From assembly GCF_009914755.1 (NCBI RefSeq), contig NC_060925.1: a stretch of DNA of 64,000 bases; one strand, given 5' to 3'. This DNA comes from the human T2T-CHM13v2.0 reference genome, Homo sapiens. The number at the start of each line of letters is the position of its first letter. Within the stretch, counting starts at the first letter, position 1. Positions 36,526-62,532 of the stretch are shown piece by piece. The notes below the pieces were generated by a model, which was given only the letters and a program-made list of their open reading frames with translations, was not told the DNA's origin and did no database searches. The translations under genes were made by a program, and so were the position numbers.

Positions 36526-37300
36526 AGATTGAGTATCCCTTATCTGAAATGCTTGGGATCAGAGTGTTTCAGATTTTTTCAGATCTTAGAATCTTTGCAT
36601 ATGTAGTAATGAGAAATCTTGGGACTTGGGGATGGGGATGATGCCTAAGTCTAAACACAAAATTTATTTATGTTTCGTATACACTGTCAAATTCAAAATA
36701 AAATATAGAGACAAATCTCTAAATTAAATGTTTTATTTGAGAATCATAGAATTACAATTCAGAGCCTACACACAGACTGTTGTGATCTTCCATATGTCTG
36801 AAGAGCAATGAGAGGTTGGGGGTTTTACTTGAGAAACATGTATTGTTTGGAAAGGAAGCTCATTGGCACTAGAGAAGCTTTTGGGAGCTGCAAACTCTGA
36901 TTTGAGTGAAGGCGGTAGGTAAGACTAGTCAAGGCAGGTTGTTTCAGCAGCTACTAGGTAAAACAGTTCTTAGGGTTACAGCAGGCTGTTTCTGCAGCTG
37001 GCGATGTGGAAAATTCAATTCTTGAAGCAGATGCTATGTGCCCCAAGTGCTTTTGCCCCCCACAACTTGACTCTGATTTAGTTGGGTATGAAAAGAATGA
37101 TCCAATTTTTATAATCAACTTACACAACACCTTATAGCCTGAAGGCAATTTTATAAAGTATTTTAAATAGTTTTGTGAATGAAACAAATTTTGTGTATAT
37201 TGAACCATCGGAAAGCAAAGGTGTCACTATCTCTCATAAAATGCTAAAATTTTGTAGCATTTTAGATTTCCGATTTTCAGATTAGCAATGCTCAACCTGT
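36526..37300. mobile_element. Tigger4/MER46-type element interrupted by an ERV1-type solo LTR (~36685-37124, 4-bp TSD acac)
   Basis: cagattgagtatcccttatc ... gctcaacctgta termini; the insert is tg...ca flanked by acac. Confidence 0.7.
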
Positions 37301-38167
37301 AGAATGTGCTCTAATGCAAGAGCCAAAGTTGGCTTGCTTACTGTATCCCTCTAAAACAGCTCACCTGAGAGAAAGTTTGAATCTGCATGGCAGATATACT
37401 TCTTCTCCATCATCTCTTCCCACTGGTTCAGCAGAGAAGAAAGGAGAACATATATCAGATTACCTCTTATCTGGAGTTCCTCCCAACTGATAACCAGTTG
37501 TTGTCCACCAACCACATGATTCACTCCCTTTAGTATAGAGGAATAGAGGCTGGGGTAAGATGCAAGACGCTATGTAGCAGTGCTCTCAACAAGATGGGAA
37601 TAACAGAAAGAGGACTAAGTTTGGTGTGGGGAGTAAGAAGAAGGTCATGAATTTAGAGTTTGAGATATGGCACTCAATTGGATATAAAGGTTATCATTCC
37701 AAACTACCTCTTAAGTCATGCCTTTTCTTTTTCATTTGTGTAATGAGTACGTTGGCCAATCTTAGAGCCACTGACAGGTGTTACAAATTAAGAAATCTGT
37801 GCAGCATAACAAGAATCTTCCTAGTGAATAGATTTGTACATTTGAGTCTTTAAGCAAGACCAGAGGGCGTTTGTTGAAAATGCTGAGAAGAGGATTTCTT
37901 AATGAGCCAGAGGTTAGACAGTGAGTAGAAGTGTTTTCTAACTTTAAAAGTGTATGGTAGAAGACGCTCAATAAATAATGATTTGATAACATACTAATAA
38001 CCTTGTATAACTTATATAAAAATCCATTGTTGTAGTTCTGTTTAAATTAATGGTATACCTGCATGGATGTTATTTGAAGAGTATATTCTTCAGGTAAAAG
38101 GAAGATTAGAACATCATCTTGGCTCGAAGTTTATGGGAAAATAGAATGAATCATTGATATCAGTTAA

Positions 38168-38368
<201 letters not shown>

Positions 38369-38662
38369 TAGAAACTTTGCTTTTTATAGTCTATTATACT
38401 ATATCTTCAGTAGGTTTTGAGAACATCTAAAAACAATAAGCAAATCATCTTATTTAGAAGAAAAGGTGACTTATCAACTCACAGTAATAAGATTGAGAAC
38501 AGTCTTTATTAGACTTAAATTTAGAAGAAGCTATAAATTATGGTTTATAGATCAATAAATTGATTAAACTTTTATCAAACTTTAAAAATTACTACTTTTT
38601 AAATTTTAGGATATCTTTTCTAAACAGCAAAAGAAAAGAAAAAACATATTTAAGAATATAGG

Positions 38663-39196
<534 letters not shown>

Positions 39197-39948
39197 CTAA
39201 GCCTCTGAAATCCTACTTGGGAGTGAAATTTCACCTTGCTCTTTTAATTTTCTAGATGTCTTCCATTTTCTTGCTATTCTAACATCAGACAAATGAAAGC
39301 TACTTTTTTAATTTTAAAAATTACTTGGTTCCTTTAATTTTAAACTGAATAAACATGTTTTTCAGGAGAACATACCATGAGTCCCAGGATTTACTACTAA
39401 GGTTTTGTCCCCTGGCAACCTATACAAAATTTTGTCATTCTTTCAAAGCTTGTAGGCTTCTTAAGTACCTAAAGTATGTGTAGGTGTTCAGAAATACTTG
39501 CCAAATGAAAGAAGCAAAAGAAACTCTGGTCATTGGATGCTATCTCCAATCTTAGGGTTATTTGTAGACATTTTCAATATGATCAGACATTAGTGAATTG
39601 CCTCCCCGCCCCTGCCAAGAAACTTTTATTATACAAATTTGTTGCAGAGAGTTTTGTAACTTTTACAGCCTTTAAAGCAATTTCTTGGATTTTGTTCTGT
39701 ATGTCACTTAGTATATGAAGGGAATTTGAGACATCTCCAAATTTATTTCTTGTTCTCTACTAATCAAATCATGTGTCAGTGCTTTCAACTTTTGGCCTAT
39801 GCCCTGTTTATAATCCATAAAGGGTGTATGTTATGTAAGGCAGAAAATTAGAATTAAAATATTTCAGATTATTCTTTTTTAAAAACAGACTATATATTAT
39901 CAATAAATTAGTATGTGTTGTGCCTTGATTTTTAAATTGGAGAATTAA

Positions 39949-40134
<186 letters not shown>

Positions 40135-42344
40135 TAACTCTGATAGTAATAGTGCTTTAAATATTTAAAATATTAAGTAAATTTAACTAATGAGAACTCC
40201 AGTTGAGAAATAATTCATATGATCTGCTTGTAAAAATCAGAAACTAATTCAAATAATTTTAAGTAAAACAAAATTGATGGGAGGGTAGGTATTGAGTAGG
40301 AGTATCCTGTATAATTCAAAGGTGCTCAGAGTTTGGAACTAGGAGAAAGGAAGTTAAGAACTAAGGTTACTTTCCCCATTTATCAAAGGGCTACACAGTG
40401 CTTTATTTGTTCTTATTCCTGAAAGTGTAATCCTTCTTTCTACCACTTCTCTTTATAGCAGGGACTTGGGGTGGAATGTAGTTCTCTTATGCCAGTCTCT
40501 TCAGGTGACCTATGGATACTAACTAATTTTAATTTTAGTTACTGCAAAGGTAAGTTAAACATCTAAAGAAAGATCTCATACTATGCATTTTGAAGCCATT
40601 CATACATTATTCTTAGATTACCCATGGTTTTAATACATTCTGCGACTGTAGGTTATTTTTATTTTCTTATTTATGCTTTTCTATGTTTTTAAAATTTTCT
40701 ACAAAGAATGTGTATTACTTTTATAATCAATAAAAACAAATCTAACTTTTTACATCATATTTCTCTCTTACTGGTGTTTGAAGCAATAATATGCATTGTA
40801 TGAATTCTAATTAGGTGGTTTTAATAACGCTTAAATTTAGATTTTTGTTTTGGGTAGGTCTTTTTCTACCTCCCTACAAGTTGTAGCTGCAGAAGCAGCC
40901 CATGTGCTAAACGAAAGCCATAAACAACTGGGTCTAGTACCACGAACACTACCAACCCCATAAGGTTTACTGAGAAATAGTTAACCCCTCGGCTTCCTTT
41001 AACGAACCATTCACTTCAGCCTCTGTAAATAAGGGCCTTGGAAGAAGGAGGGCAGCTGGTGGTGTCCTCAGCTTTGTAGAAAGTGAGGAATTCTGGTCAA
41101 AGGTTCTTCCTTCTTCATATGTCTCCCTCATATTTCCAGCCAAGTGAAAGTTAGGGGGATCCAAGTAAATCACAAAGATTAAAGCTAGAGAATATCTGCA
41201 ATGAGGAGATGATGTCTTCTCATCCCCTAGATGAACATTAACTATATCTGTAAAACCATCCCACCCTGGAGCTTCTATCAGAGACGAAGAGAAAGTGATA
41301 AGAAATTTCTTAGGAGAGCTTGGAGTATGTCTGAGAAGCCAGTGAGAATATACTTGAGTGAGGAGATTTCTAAAGAGAGAAGGCTTGCTGGAGAAGCCAA
41401 AACCAGCCTTGGTGTAAGGAACTACAGTTATTGTCATACAGAGAAAAGAAGTATGAGGAGTCCACTCTGCACCCCGGTTACACATGGTCCACAGCGAAGG
41501 AGGAGGACCTTAATGGTTTCATGAAAGTTAGAGGAGACTGATACAGGGCTAGATGACACCATGTCCCACTTGGGGAGGTATTGTGCATCGTGAGCCACTT
41601 GAAGAGTTCTTATCTACAGAGAGGCCAGGTTGAAGCTTGATCTGCCACTAAAGGAGCCATTACATCAATAAAGGCCTCCAGTATCTGAATTAGAACAAAG
41701 CTAAGGACATCTCCCTACTACCATCTTGGTCTCTGCTTAATTAAGTAAGGTGACCAGAGCCATTTATAGTCTTCCATATGAATTTGACCCAGAAAATGGA
41801 GGAGCAGGAGATCAGACCATGCTCTACTCTCTATTTCACATCTCAACCATAAATCTAGTCAGCAATGGGGAGGGAAAGATTTAAATCAGATACAATGAAA
41901 AGATAGGTGTTAAAATAGTACTGTGCTGAATTTCAATAACAATAGTATCCAGAAAGTACTAGAATCTGCCTATAGTTTCATTAAGGGATGGGAAAAAGGG
42001 GAGATTTGACATAGTGTGGTTGAAAGCATTCGTTGGGAAAATAAAAAGTCTCATGTTAGTGTCTTCTCTGAGCTGAGATTCTTCAGTAAGCCAGTTAAAG
42101 CTTATTTAAGAGCCTTAAAAGCTGTAAAAATAGTCTTTTATGAGTAGTCTTGGGACCATTGCCTCTATTTTTTTTTTAATATGTGGATGAGTATATGTGG
42201 GTTTTATGCAGCTTCTTGTATTTTATTTTCAATAATTCACTTTATTTTAAAAACACAAAAGACATTTTTTATATTATTAATAAAAACAGAAAATGAAGTT
42301 TATTTTTAATTATCAGTACGGTATTTTGTTGAAAACTTTTTTTG

Positions 42345-43130
<786 letters not shown>

Positions 43131-43588
43131 TTAGTTCTTAATTATGCAATTTTTTGGCTGTGACTTAAATATCATAAACTTATAATAATGTTATACAGTA
43201 ATACAAATATGGGTATAATGTGATGGGCAGTCGGCCCCAGAACTCCTAGCAAGCTAACTTCAATAATTTCATTAGCTTCACAATCCTGCCTTTTACACAA
43301 TTAAACATTTTGGACTTCATTTATAGGATTTTGGTAGGCTTTACATTTTTTTTTTTTTGTCACCAATTAAAAGTATACTTTAGGCCTGGTGTGGAGGCTC
43401 ATGTCTGTAATCCCAGCACTTTGGGAGGCCAAGGTAGGAGGATTGCTTGAGCCCAAGAGTTTATAACTGGCATGGGTAACAGAGGGAGATCCTGTCTCTA
43501 CAAAAAATTTAAAAAAAATTAGCCAGGCATAGTGGGATGTGCCTGTGGTCCCAGCTACTCAGGAGGCTGAGGTGGGAGGATCACTTGA

Positions 43589-44909
<1,321 letters not shown>

Positions 44910-45149
44910 TCATTGCACAATTACTTTAATTTATATTTATACGTTAGGAAGCAGATTAGACCATGTTGTATTGCAATGTGATGTGCTAGAAATTATTATA
45001 CTACTTTTGCTTTAAAAAAGATATTTAACCTAAAATAAATTAGAATAAAAATCGTGTGCATTCTTGACAGCCAAAGAGTTCAAATGATATGCCATAAAAT
45101 TAAAAGTTGTTAGTGACACTTGGTTTTAAAAGAATAACAGACTTTAAAA

Positions 45150-45795
45150 AAAAACAAAACTTAGAGCATTTTTAGTTTCACAGCAAAATTGAGAGGAAGG
45201 TACAGAGATATCCTACATACCCACTTTCTTCCACACATGCATAGCTTCCCCCATTATCAACGTCCCACACTGGAGTGGTACCTTTGTTACAACCAATGAG
45301 CATACAGTTACACATTATCATCCAAAATTCATGGTTTACAATAGAGTTTGCTGTTGGTGTTGTACATTTTATGGGTTTATACACATGTATAATGACATGT
45401 ATCTACCATTATAGTATCATACGGAGTGTTTTCAGTGCCATAAAATCCTCTATGCTCTGACTGCTCATCTTTCCCTCCCCATTAACCCCCAGCAACCACT
45501 GACCTTTTTACTGTCTCTGTAGTTTTGTTTTTTTCCGGGGTGTAATATAGTTGCAATCATACAGTATATAGCCTTTTCAGATTGGCTTCTTCCACTTAGT
45601 GATATGCATTTAAGATCCCCCCATGTCTTTTCATGGCTTGATAGCACATTTCTTTTTAGAGCTGAATATTTCATTGCACGGATGTACTACAGTTTATTTA
45701 TCCATTCATCTAGTAAAGGACAACATGGTTGCTTCCAAGTTTGGGCAGTTATGAAGAAAGCTGCTAAAAACGTTCATGTTTAGGTTTTTGTGTAG
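45150..45795 (-). mobile_element. L1MB/MC-type 3' end
   Basis: ttcacagcaaaattgag..., ggcttcttccacttag and tttatccattca motifs. Confidence 0.75.
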
Positions 45796-46036
45796 AAAGG
45801 TGTTTTTAAGGAAAAAAATTAAGAGTCTGACTAGAGCATGTTTGTAGCCTCAGTACCAGCAGAAGTTAATTCCAGATAAAGAGTTAAATATAGAAAATAA
45901 ATTTTGAATTTATCAAATTTTGAGTTGTATGTGTTCTGCAGTTTAGGTATATAAATTGGATTATCTTTATGAACCAAATATTTTTAGGCTTTGTAAATTG
46001 AAAAGGAATAAATATGGTGTTTTCCATCAATTTTAG

Positions 46037-46126
<90 letters not shown>

Positions 46127-46370
46127 TAAGTTATGTTAAGTAGTGCTGATACTATTAATTTAGGGATTTTGTTTTTCTGTTCTTCTAATTTTGTGGGGAA
46201 CTTTAGAGTTGGCCTGTTTTCTTGGACACAATGTAAGTAAGTAGCTTAGTGCTAAACTAGTTTCACCACTAAGTAGAATATTAATTTAGATATTACTCAA
46301 GTTACTTGGGATCATTTTATCTTAGCTGAACCATGGTTAATTATGTTAAAATCTGTGCACATGGATTTAA

Positions 46371-46658
<288 letters not shown>

Positions 46659-46679
46659 ATACTCTTTTGTGTGTTTGCC

Positions 46680-46685
46680 ATTAAA
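46680..46685 (+). terminator. Intronic polyadenylation signal ATTAAA for the short BTBD8 isoform
   Basis: ATTAAA 22 nt after the read-through stop, followed by U/GU-rich sequence. Confidence 0.6.
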
Positions 46686-46869
46686 AAGTTTATTCAATTT
46701 TGTATAGTACTTTCAGTGGTTGAAATATAAATGTAAAATATTGTAAAAGCAAGAGGCGTGAACCAATTCAGATAACCTAATCCTAAGATTCAGTTCCTTT
46801 GAAACCACTCTGCATACCCAGCTCATCAGTCAGGGTTGAAACAGAGAAGCAGAACCACTAGGATGTGTA

Positions 46870-48940
46870 TATTGATTCATGAACAAAGCAGACATGGTGC
46901 CACAGAGAAAGGCTTATGCGTTGGCTCAGCAGTATTGACCCACTCACCCAGGTGGATCTGGGTACAACACTGAACTTCTCAATGGTACCATTCTTCAAGG
47001 GAATCAGCCATCTACCTGGTGGCAGGTTGATTACATTGGATCACTTCCATCCTGTAAAAGGCCGTGCTTTGTTCTCACTGAAAAAAACATTTGCTCTGGA
47101 TAGTGATTTGCCTCCCTTGCTCATAATGTTTCTGCCGAAACCACCATCCATGAACTTACAGAATGCCTTATCCATTATCATGATATTCCACACAGCATCA
47201 CTTCTGAATAAGGTACTCACTTACCAGCTAATAAAGTATAGAAATTGGGCCTTGCTCATGGAATTCACTGGTCTTAGAAAGATTCCAATCATCCTGAAGC
47301 AGCTGGCTTGATAGTATTGAGGAAAGGCCTTTGAAGACTCAGTTACAGTGCCAACTAGGTGGCAGTGCCCTGTGGGGCTGGGGGCAGTATCCTCCAGGAT
47401 GCAATACATGCTGTAAATCAGATTTTGATTTATGCTATTTCTCCTCTAGCCAGGATTTATGGGCCTAAAAACCAAAGTTTGGAAATAGGTGTGGCACCAC
47501 ACACAATTACTCCTAGTGATTCAGTAGCAAAATTTTTGCTTCCTTTCCTCACAACTTTAGGCTCTGCTGATTTATAAGTCTTAATCCCCAAAAGAAGAAT
47601 GTTTCCATGTGGGGACACAAGTATTGATTCTGTTGAACTGGAAGTTGAGACTGCCTTCCTGTAGCCACTGTAAACCCACTGGCAAAGAAGGGGAATTATT
47701 GATAGATTGAGCCTATCAAGAGGAAATTGAGTTGCTACTATACAATGTGGATAATGTAGAGACCATCTGGAATGCAGTACTCCCAGGCTCTATGAGTAAA
47801 ATCAATAGAAAGCTATAAGAACCCAATTTGGGCAGTGCTGATGATTTTTCAGGAATAAAGTTTGGGCTACCCTTCCAGATAAGAAACTATGAACAGTGAA
47901 ATACTTGCTGAGGGCAAAGGGAATATGGAGTGGTTAGTAGAAAAAGGTATGTAAAAATAACAGCTACAGCTACATGAGGAGTTATAGAAGTGAACACTGC
48001 AGTAGTTCTGATATAAACGTTCATATTCCTTCTTAATATGTTTGTCTATATATTAATCAAATATTTTTGTTTTCCTCCTACTGTCTCATTCCCCGTCATC
48101 TAATATAAGACATGTTAATAATAGTTAACTTTGTATCTACGTATTTAAGGTACAGATATCAAAGAAAACTGAATCAGATTGAAGAATGAACATCTCCTAA
48201 AAACAAAAAAAGGAACTCATATCCCCTCTTTTAGAAGGAAAGGGTTAGCATATTTGTTGTGTGGAGGGATAGTTGTATCATGTTAGATGGAAGCATGACT
48301 GTTACTTTCTCCATTTGGGAACTAAGTATGGTTTTAAGAGATGTATATAGTTGCCAGGTTGACAAGATGTTGACTCTGTAACATGTCAGTTTGACTAGGG
48401 TCAACTACACTTCGCAGAATTTCCTTCTTGTATGTTTCTAGTTAGAGTGGCCAAAAGAGACAATTTTGTGTGAAATTTGGAGGATGGGAGTGAAACAGCA
48501 GCTATTTTTGGCTTTTACACTAGGAAGGCTGGAACACTACTGCAATGTTCATTTACACTAGGAAAGTTATTTACTGGCTCACTGCAGCCAGATCTGTAAC
48601 TGTTCTTCCTTGCCCTGTATCCTCCTTCAGCTTCTCTTACTCCGGGCCAGGTATATGTCTAGCTCCACAATGAAAGGCACCAGCATCTCCTGCAGGATAC
48701 CCATAGCGTCCAGACTGGAGGCAGTAAGACTGACATGAGCCCATCCTTGTCAATTCCAGCTGATTCTCTTGGTGTCAGTTTGTTCTCACTCTCCCCAACA
48801 TTACGTCCATCTTTCCTCTTCTCATCTGCCTGCCCTGTGGAATTCAAACTACACCATCAGATACAAAGGCTGTTTAAGCAGCCCCTACAGTTGTGTAAGG
48901 TCAACTCCCTGTAACAAATTTCTTTATACAATAAGTCTGC
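46870..48940 (+). mobile_element. ERVL-class internal remnant (integrase region) plus 3' LTR
   Basis: ORF 47359-47577 ILQDAIHAVNQILIYAISPLARIYGPKNQSLEIGVAPHTITPSD resembles the ERVL integrase C-terminal region; LTR-like sequence follows from ~48377. Confidence 0.75.
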
Positions 48941-48954
48941 ACCGATGTCATTGA

Positions 48955-49785
48955 TGGGTCCTTGGAATCTTAGAATCTTGGAATCTAATTTGACGTTAAG
49001 CAAAACAATGTATAGCAAAACTAATTTTACTATAGACTAATGGATATGAACAAGAGTTAAGTTCCTATGGCATATTTCTGGTCACAAAAAGATCATCAGC
49101 CTTCTAGTAGAGACCCAAGACACTTCTTATATTGAATATTGAAATAATTGTGAGCTATACATACATTTCAGAAATATTAATAAAAACAAGATAAGTACCC
49201 AGTTTTTGGTGAATCTGTGAGTGGCAGTAATAGCAATGGTGGGTTAAATCAAGGAATAAATGTTTGCAAAGCAAAAATTGTAAAAAGCACCTCCTGCCAC
49301 ATGCAGTTCCAAAGCAATCACAAATGTGGCAGGTTCATGGAATGTTTTTATACTGCATCGCTTATTGTCATATATTTGTATGGTCACCATATACTTTATG
49401 AATTTTTACTTTACAATAATTTCTGTATTCATTCATTTTCCAACATGCTTTTTCTGGTTTCAGTTGTGGGTGGCTGGAGCCTGTCTGCAGCTAAGGACCC
49501 AAGGTTGGAACCAACCCTGGACAGGATACCATTCCAGCGCAGGGTGCACTCACAGCACAGAACACTCACTTATACTGGGACATTGTAGAGATGCCAGTTC
49601 ACTAAATGTGCACATCTTTGGGATGTGGGAGGAAACTGGAGTGTCCAGAGAAAACCCATGCAGACATGGGGAAAACATGCAAACTCTACACAGACAATGG
49701 CCTGGCCAGGAATCCTTTTTTCCCTTATCAACATTATAATAAAACAACGGTAATCAAAATGACATTATTCACGAACCTCCTATGT
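48955..49785. mobile_element. MER6 (TcMar-Tigger)
   Basis: Contains the V-SINE-like core gggatgtgggaggaaactggag...gaaaacccatgcagacatgggg...tgcaaactc. Confidence 0.7.
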
Positions 49786-49927
49786 ATATATAAATACCTC
49801 CTAGTGGTCCCATGAACCCTGAAGGATAACATCAGACTGGGTTACATAGAAGATATGTCAAAATCTAACTGAGAAAATAAGTGTAAGATATCAGCTGGTG
49901 AGATACCACTACAAAAAGTAAATGTAA

Positions 49928-50245
<318 letters not shown>

Positions 50246-50392
50246 TTAGCTAATGAAGGACTGTGTTGTATTGTTGCTTACTGTTTTACATTAGTTTGTT
50301 GGTCAGTGAATAGTTAACAAATTATTGGCCCAGCTATAGTTCTGTTCAATAGAAGAGTCAGGTTCATTTCCTAATGTAGTAGTAGTACCAGT

Positions 50393-50797
50393 ATTTTTTT
50401 TAAATTATTTTTTTTCAATAGCTTTTGGGATACATGCAGTTTTTGGTTACATGGGTGAGTTCTTTAGTGGTGAAGTCTGAGATTTTAGTGTACCCATCAC
50501 CTGAACAATGTACACTGCACCCAATATATAGTCTTCTATCCTTCACACATTTTCCAACCTTCTCCCCTCCCTAAATCCCCAAAGTTCATTTTTTCACTGT
50601 GTATGTTTTTGCATTCTCATGGCTTAGCTCCCACTTATAAGTGAATGGAATATATACAGTATTTGGTTTTCCATTCCTGAATTATTTAGAATAATAGCCT
50701 CCAGCTCCATCCAAGTTGCTGCAAAAGACATTTCATTCCTTTTTATGGCTCAGTAGTATTACATGGTGTATATGTACCACATTTTCTTTATCCACTC
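50393..50797 (-). mobile_element. 5'-truncated L1PB/L1MA 3' end with TSD agtaccaRtattt
   Basis: T tail, L1 3' UTR motifs, flanking direct repeat. Confidence 0.8.
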
Positions 50798-52219
50798 AGT
50801 ACCAATATTTAGTGGATTTTTTTAGACTTATAGAGCTCCACAAAATACTTTTTTTGTGAAATTTAGCATAAGACAGGTACTGTTGTCTCTACTTCACATA
50901 TGAGAAAAGAGAATCAAAGAGTTAAGTGCCCTGTTCAAGTTCCCAAGACAGTAAAAGGCAAAACCTAGTCTTAAAACCAATTGCTACTATTCTAAATATA
51001 ATATGATAAGTGCTCCATGTGAGCAAAGATTTTTTTTTTTAATGCGTGGGACTTGACTTCAAGAAACTCACAAATTGGTGGAAAAATAGGCATTTAAACA
51101 GCTAAGTAAAATACAGGTTAGACTATGATGAGTACAAGCATTAAGTTACATGTCAAATCTTTACCATTGTAGCCTCAGCCTTAGAACAGTGCCTAGCACA
51201 TGTTAGCACTCAGTATGTATTGTCAAATAGGTAGGTAAGTGAATTGTATAACTTAGAATTCAGGTGTATACATAGAATCACACAGGTTAAATCTGACTGG
51301 AATAATAAGAGAATTAATTTGAAATGAACCTGGTTAGAGGACAATTTTAAAATAAGTAGGTTAGGGCATTCCTGAAAGACTAAAAATGTAACCAGGGATA
51401 TGGAGACTAGGCAGTGTCAGTATTCTGCTGTAACTGGAATGAGAGAAGATGAGTCTGGGGACAGGCTAAAGATAGATTGGGAGGGATTTTAGCTGAGTAT
51501 CTTGTTAACGAGTTTGATTTTTTTTTTTAAGCAAGTGGTAGGTATGTGATTTTAATTGAAGAATAAGCCCATCAAACTATGCCTCTCCCAATGCTATACT
51601 CTTTTATTTTGATTTTATAGCTGTAATTAGGTCCTTGTAAGCTTTGTGGTGAATACTTGACATTTTCTTTCAAGACAGATAAAAAGATAAACATCAGAAC
51701 AGCCAAACATCCAGTCTGATCAATAGCCTCTGGCATCATGGGGATTAGTCTCAAAATTTGTCTTTGTGGATAATCAGGTTTTAAGAAACACTAATTTAAC
51801 ATATTTGTCATATTTTATTGTATAAGTAAAATATGTTTAGCTTTATTGATGGAAAACAGAGTATTTTAATTTTCTCAAAATTCGAAGTATGTTACCCAGA
51901 AAGAGCAAGCAGTCTTTTTTTTAGCAATAACCCCAGATTGGCCTTTTAGAAAATCTTATAATAGGTACATGCAATATTAATAGTGTTTTTTTTAAATAGT
52001 TCAAAATTGTTACATTTTTACACATTTGACACTAACTTAAAAAATGAATTTCATTTTAAAAAAATTTCTTGTGTGTTTGCATATCTCACAAAGCACTACT
52101 TATGACCATTTCTTCTTAATGTGACTTTTACCTGTGGGAAGTAGTTTATTTTATATATGAATTCTATCTGGCAATTCTAGTTCATTAGTATTACTTTCTA
52201 TATATTATTCATCCTTTAC

Positions 52220-60115
<7,896 letters not shown>

Positions 60116-61929
60116 CTCAAGCAGTCTTCTTAAGCCTTCTTTAGTTCTAATTCAGTTCAACCACATGTGCCATGGAAGGTACTCTAATCCATCAAATATT
60201 TCTTTGTCATCAAGGGAGATATGAAAGTGCTGCTACATTAGAGTATAACATGGAGAATTTTTAAATATGTTTTAGTGTGAGGAACTTTAAATTTTTACCC
60301 TTCTTTGTCACCAAGTCAAAAGACAGATAACAGTTCATATGATATTTATAACACTAATTTTCCTAATATAGAGAGTTTCTACAAATTGATTTTTAAAAAT
60401 CAAAGCGAAACATAGGATAGAATTAGATAGTTCACTAAGGAAGTACAGATACCTCTTAATTTGATGAGCAGATCCTGAACTTCATTTATTTAAGAGAAGT
60501 GGACGTGAGAACTACCATGTCAGACCATTTTCTACCTTTCAGAATGATGAAAATAAATTTTCACTGTGTTAGTAAGAGTATATGGGATAAATATTCTGAT
60601 TTATTCCTGGGAAGGTCATAAATTAGCACAACTTTTTCTATGTTTCCTAAGCTTTTTATCTGTGACCCAGAATAAAAAGATGTTTTTTGTTTGTTTGTTT
60701 TGTTGTTGTTTTCATTGTAACCCAATACACTGACACATATAGAACAGAAACACAAGTTTCACAAAAGATCTCTTAGCCTTATTACATATGATGTACTGGT
60801 GTTTTCTATGTTTCTTCTTCCTTTTTTTGTCTTCCTCACCCACCCACCCCCTTCTTTCTTTTGTTTTCTAGTGCTGATTGTGAACCGCTAAATACATTTC
60901 TCTAGGTTGCTATGGAGGAATCTACCACTTGAAAAACAGTGCTCCATTGATTGTATATTGGCAGCGTTTTGGATACCCCTGGTGTCCCACCTCATAGCCT
61001 CTTGGCCCATGTTTGTACTCAAACTATTGCTGCAGCATCTAGCTGCACATGGATGTGATTCTGACAGCACTTTCCCTCAGCCACATCACATACACATCTT
61101 TCTCACTTTCTGTACTGAGGCTTCACTGCTACACCACATGAGATACCTGCAGCTCAGCAATTCTGAACCTGTGCAAACCTGGCAGTGAAAGAGAGTTCAC
61201 ATCCCTGAGGGCAAGCCTTGACCAATGGGAGATGAGAGCCAGTGGTTAATATTTCATTGTTCTGTCTGTTGGATGGATAATTCAAAGTATGTCCTTCATA
61301 GCTCTTCAGGAGGTCCCCAACAAGATTGAGTCCCAGTTGCCTACAATAGTGAATTCTATATTAGTGTTTTTCGAACTTTAATGTATCTACAAAACACTTG
61401 GGGGTCTTGTTTAAATGCAGATTCTAATTCAGTAAGTCAAGGGAGGATACAGAGATTGTGTATTTCTAACAGGCTCTGGCTAGCTGATGCCACTTTGAAT
61501 AGCAGAGAGCTAGAAAATACACCCTTGAATTGGCTTTTCTTCCTTTCTTCCCTATTGCACTCTTCCAGCACCTCAGATCCCCCAGGATCACTTCACAAAT
61601 AAACTGCATATAAGCCTGTTTCTCAGGCTCAATTTTTAGGCAGAACCCAGGTTAAGAGAAGTAGTATTGACCCAGCAATTCTACTTCTAGAAATGTATCT
61701 TGTAGATATTTTCACATATTTGTGAAATAATGTTATATACAAGGTAAGTCATTACGACATCATAGCAAAACTGGAAACAATGTAAATGTCTTTAAGTAGA
61801 GGACTGGTTAAATGACTTGTGATATATCTATATTATGGACTATGACATGGCTATTAAAACAAATATATATATATACACTGGTAAGAAAAATATTCAAGAT
61901 GTGTGCTAAGTGTAAAAGGCAAGATACAG

Positions 61930-62408
<479 letters not shown>

Positions 62409-62440
62409 CTAGAATGTCCTTTATACATTTGAAAATTTTT

Positions 62441-62532
62441 TTTTTTTTAGCAATAGCAAGGTTTATTGTTTATTGTGAAGAGCGAAAGGACAAAGCTTCC
62501 ACAGTGTGGAAGGGGACCCGAGCAGATTGCCC
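62441..62532 (-). mobile_element. Polyadenylated LTR12/MER51-family R-region fragment with TSD
   Basis: Minus strand reads ggcaatctgctcgggtccccttccacactgtggaagctttg...caataaacaataaaccttgctattgct-poly(A); TSD tacatttgaaa(a)ttttt. Confidence 0.75.

Noticed and set aside
40880-42100. 172-aa minus ORF (40967-41485) and overlapping plus ORF
   Set aside because: No recognisable domain or splice context. The region looks like an ancient LTR-type repeat, but I cannot name it with confidence.
46916-47577. ERVL-derived ORFs as a domesticated gene or BTBD8 extension
   Set aside because: Fragmented by stops and frameshifts, and downstream of the short-isoform stop and poly(A) signal.
60530-60580. Possible next BTBD8 exon (ctttcag|AATGATGAAAAT)
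   Set aside because: The phase-0 frame stops after NDENKFSLC and the context looks like old L1; the real next exon is probably beyond the window.
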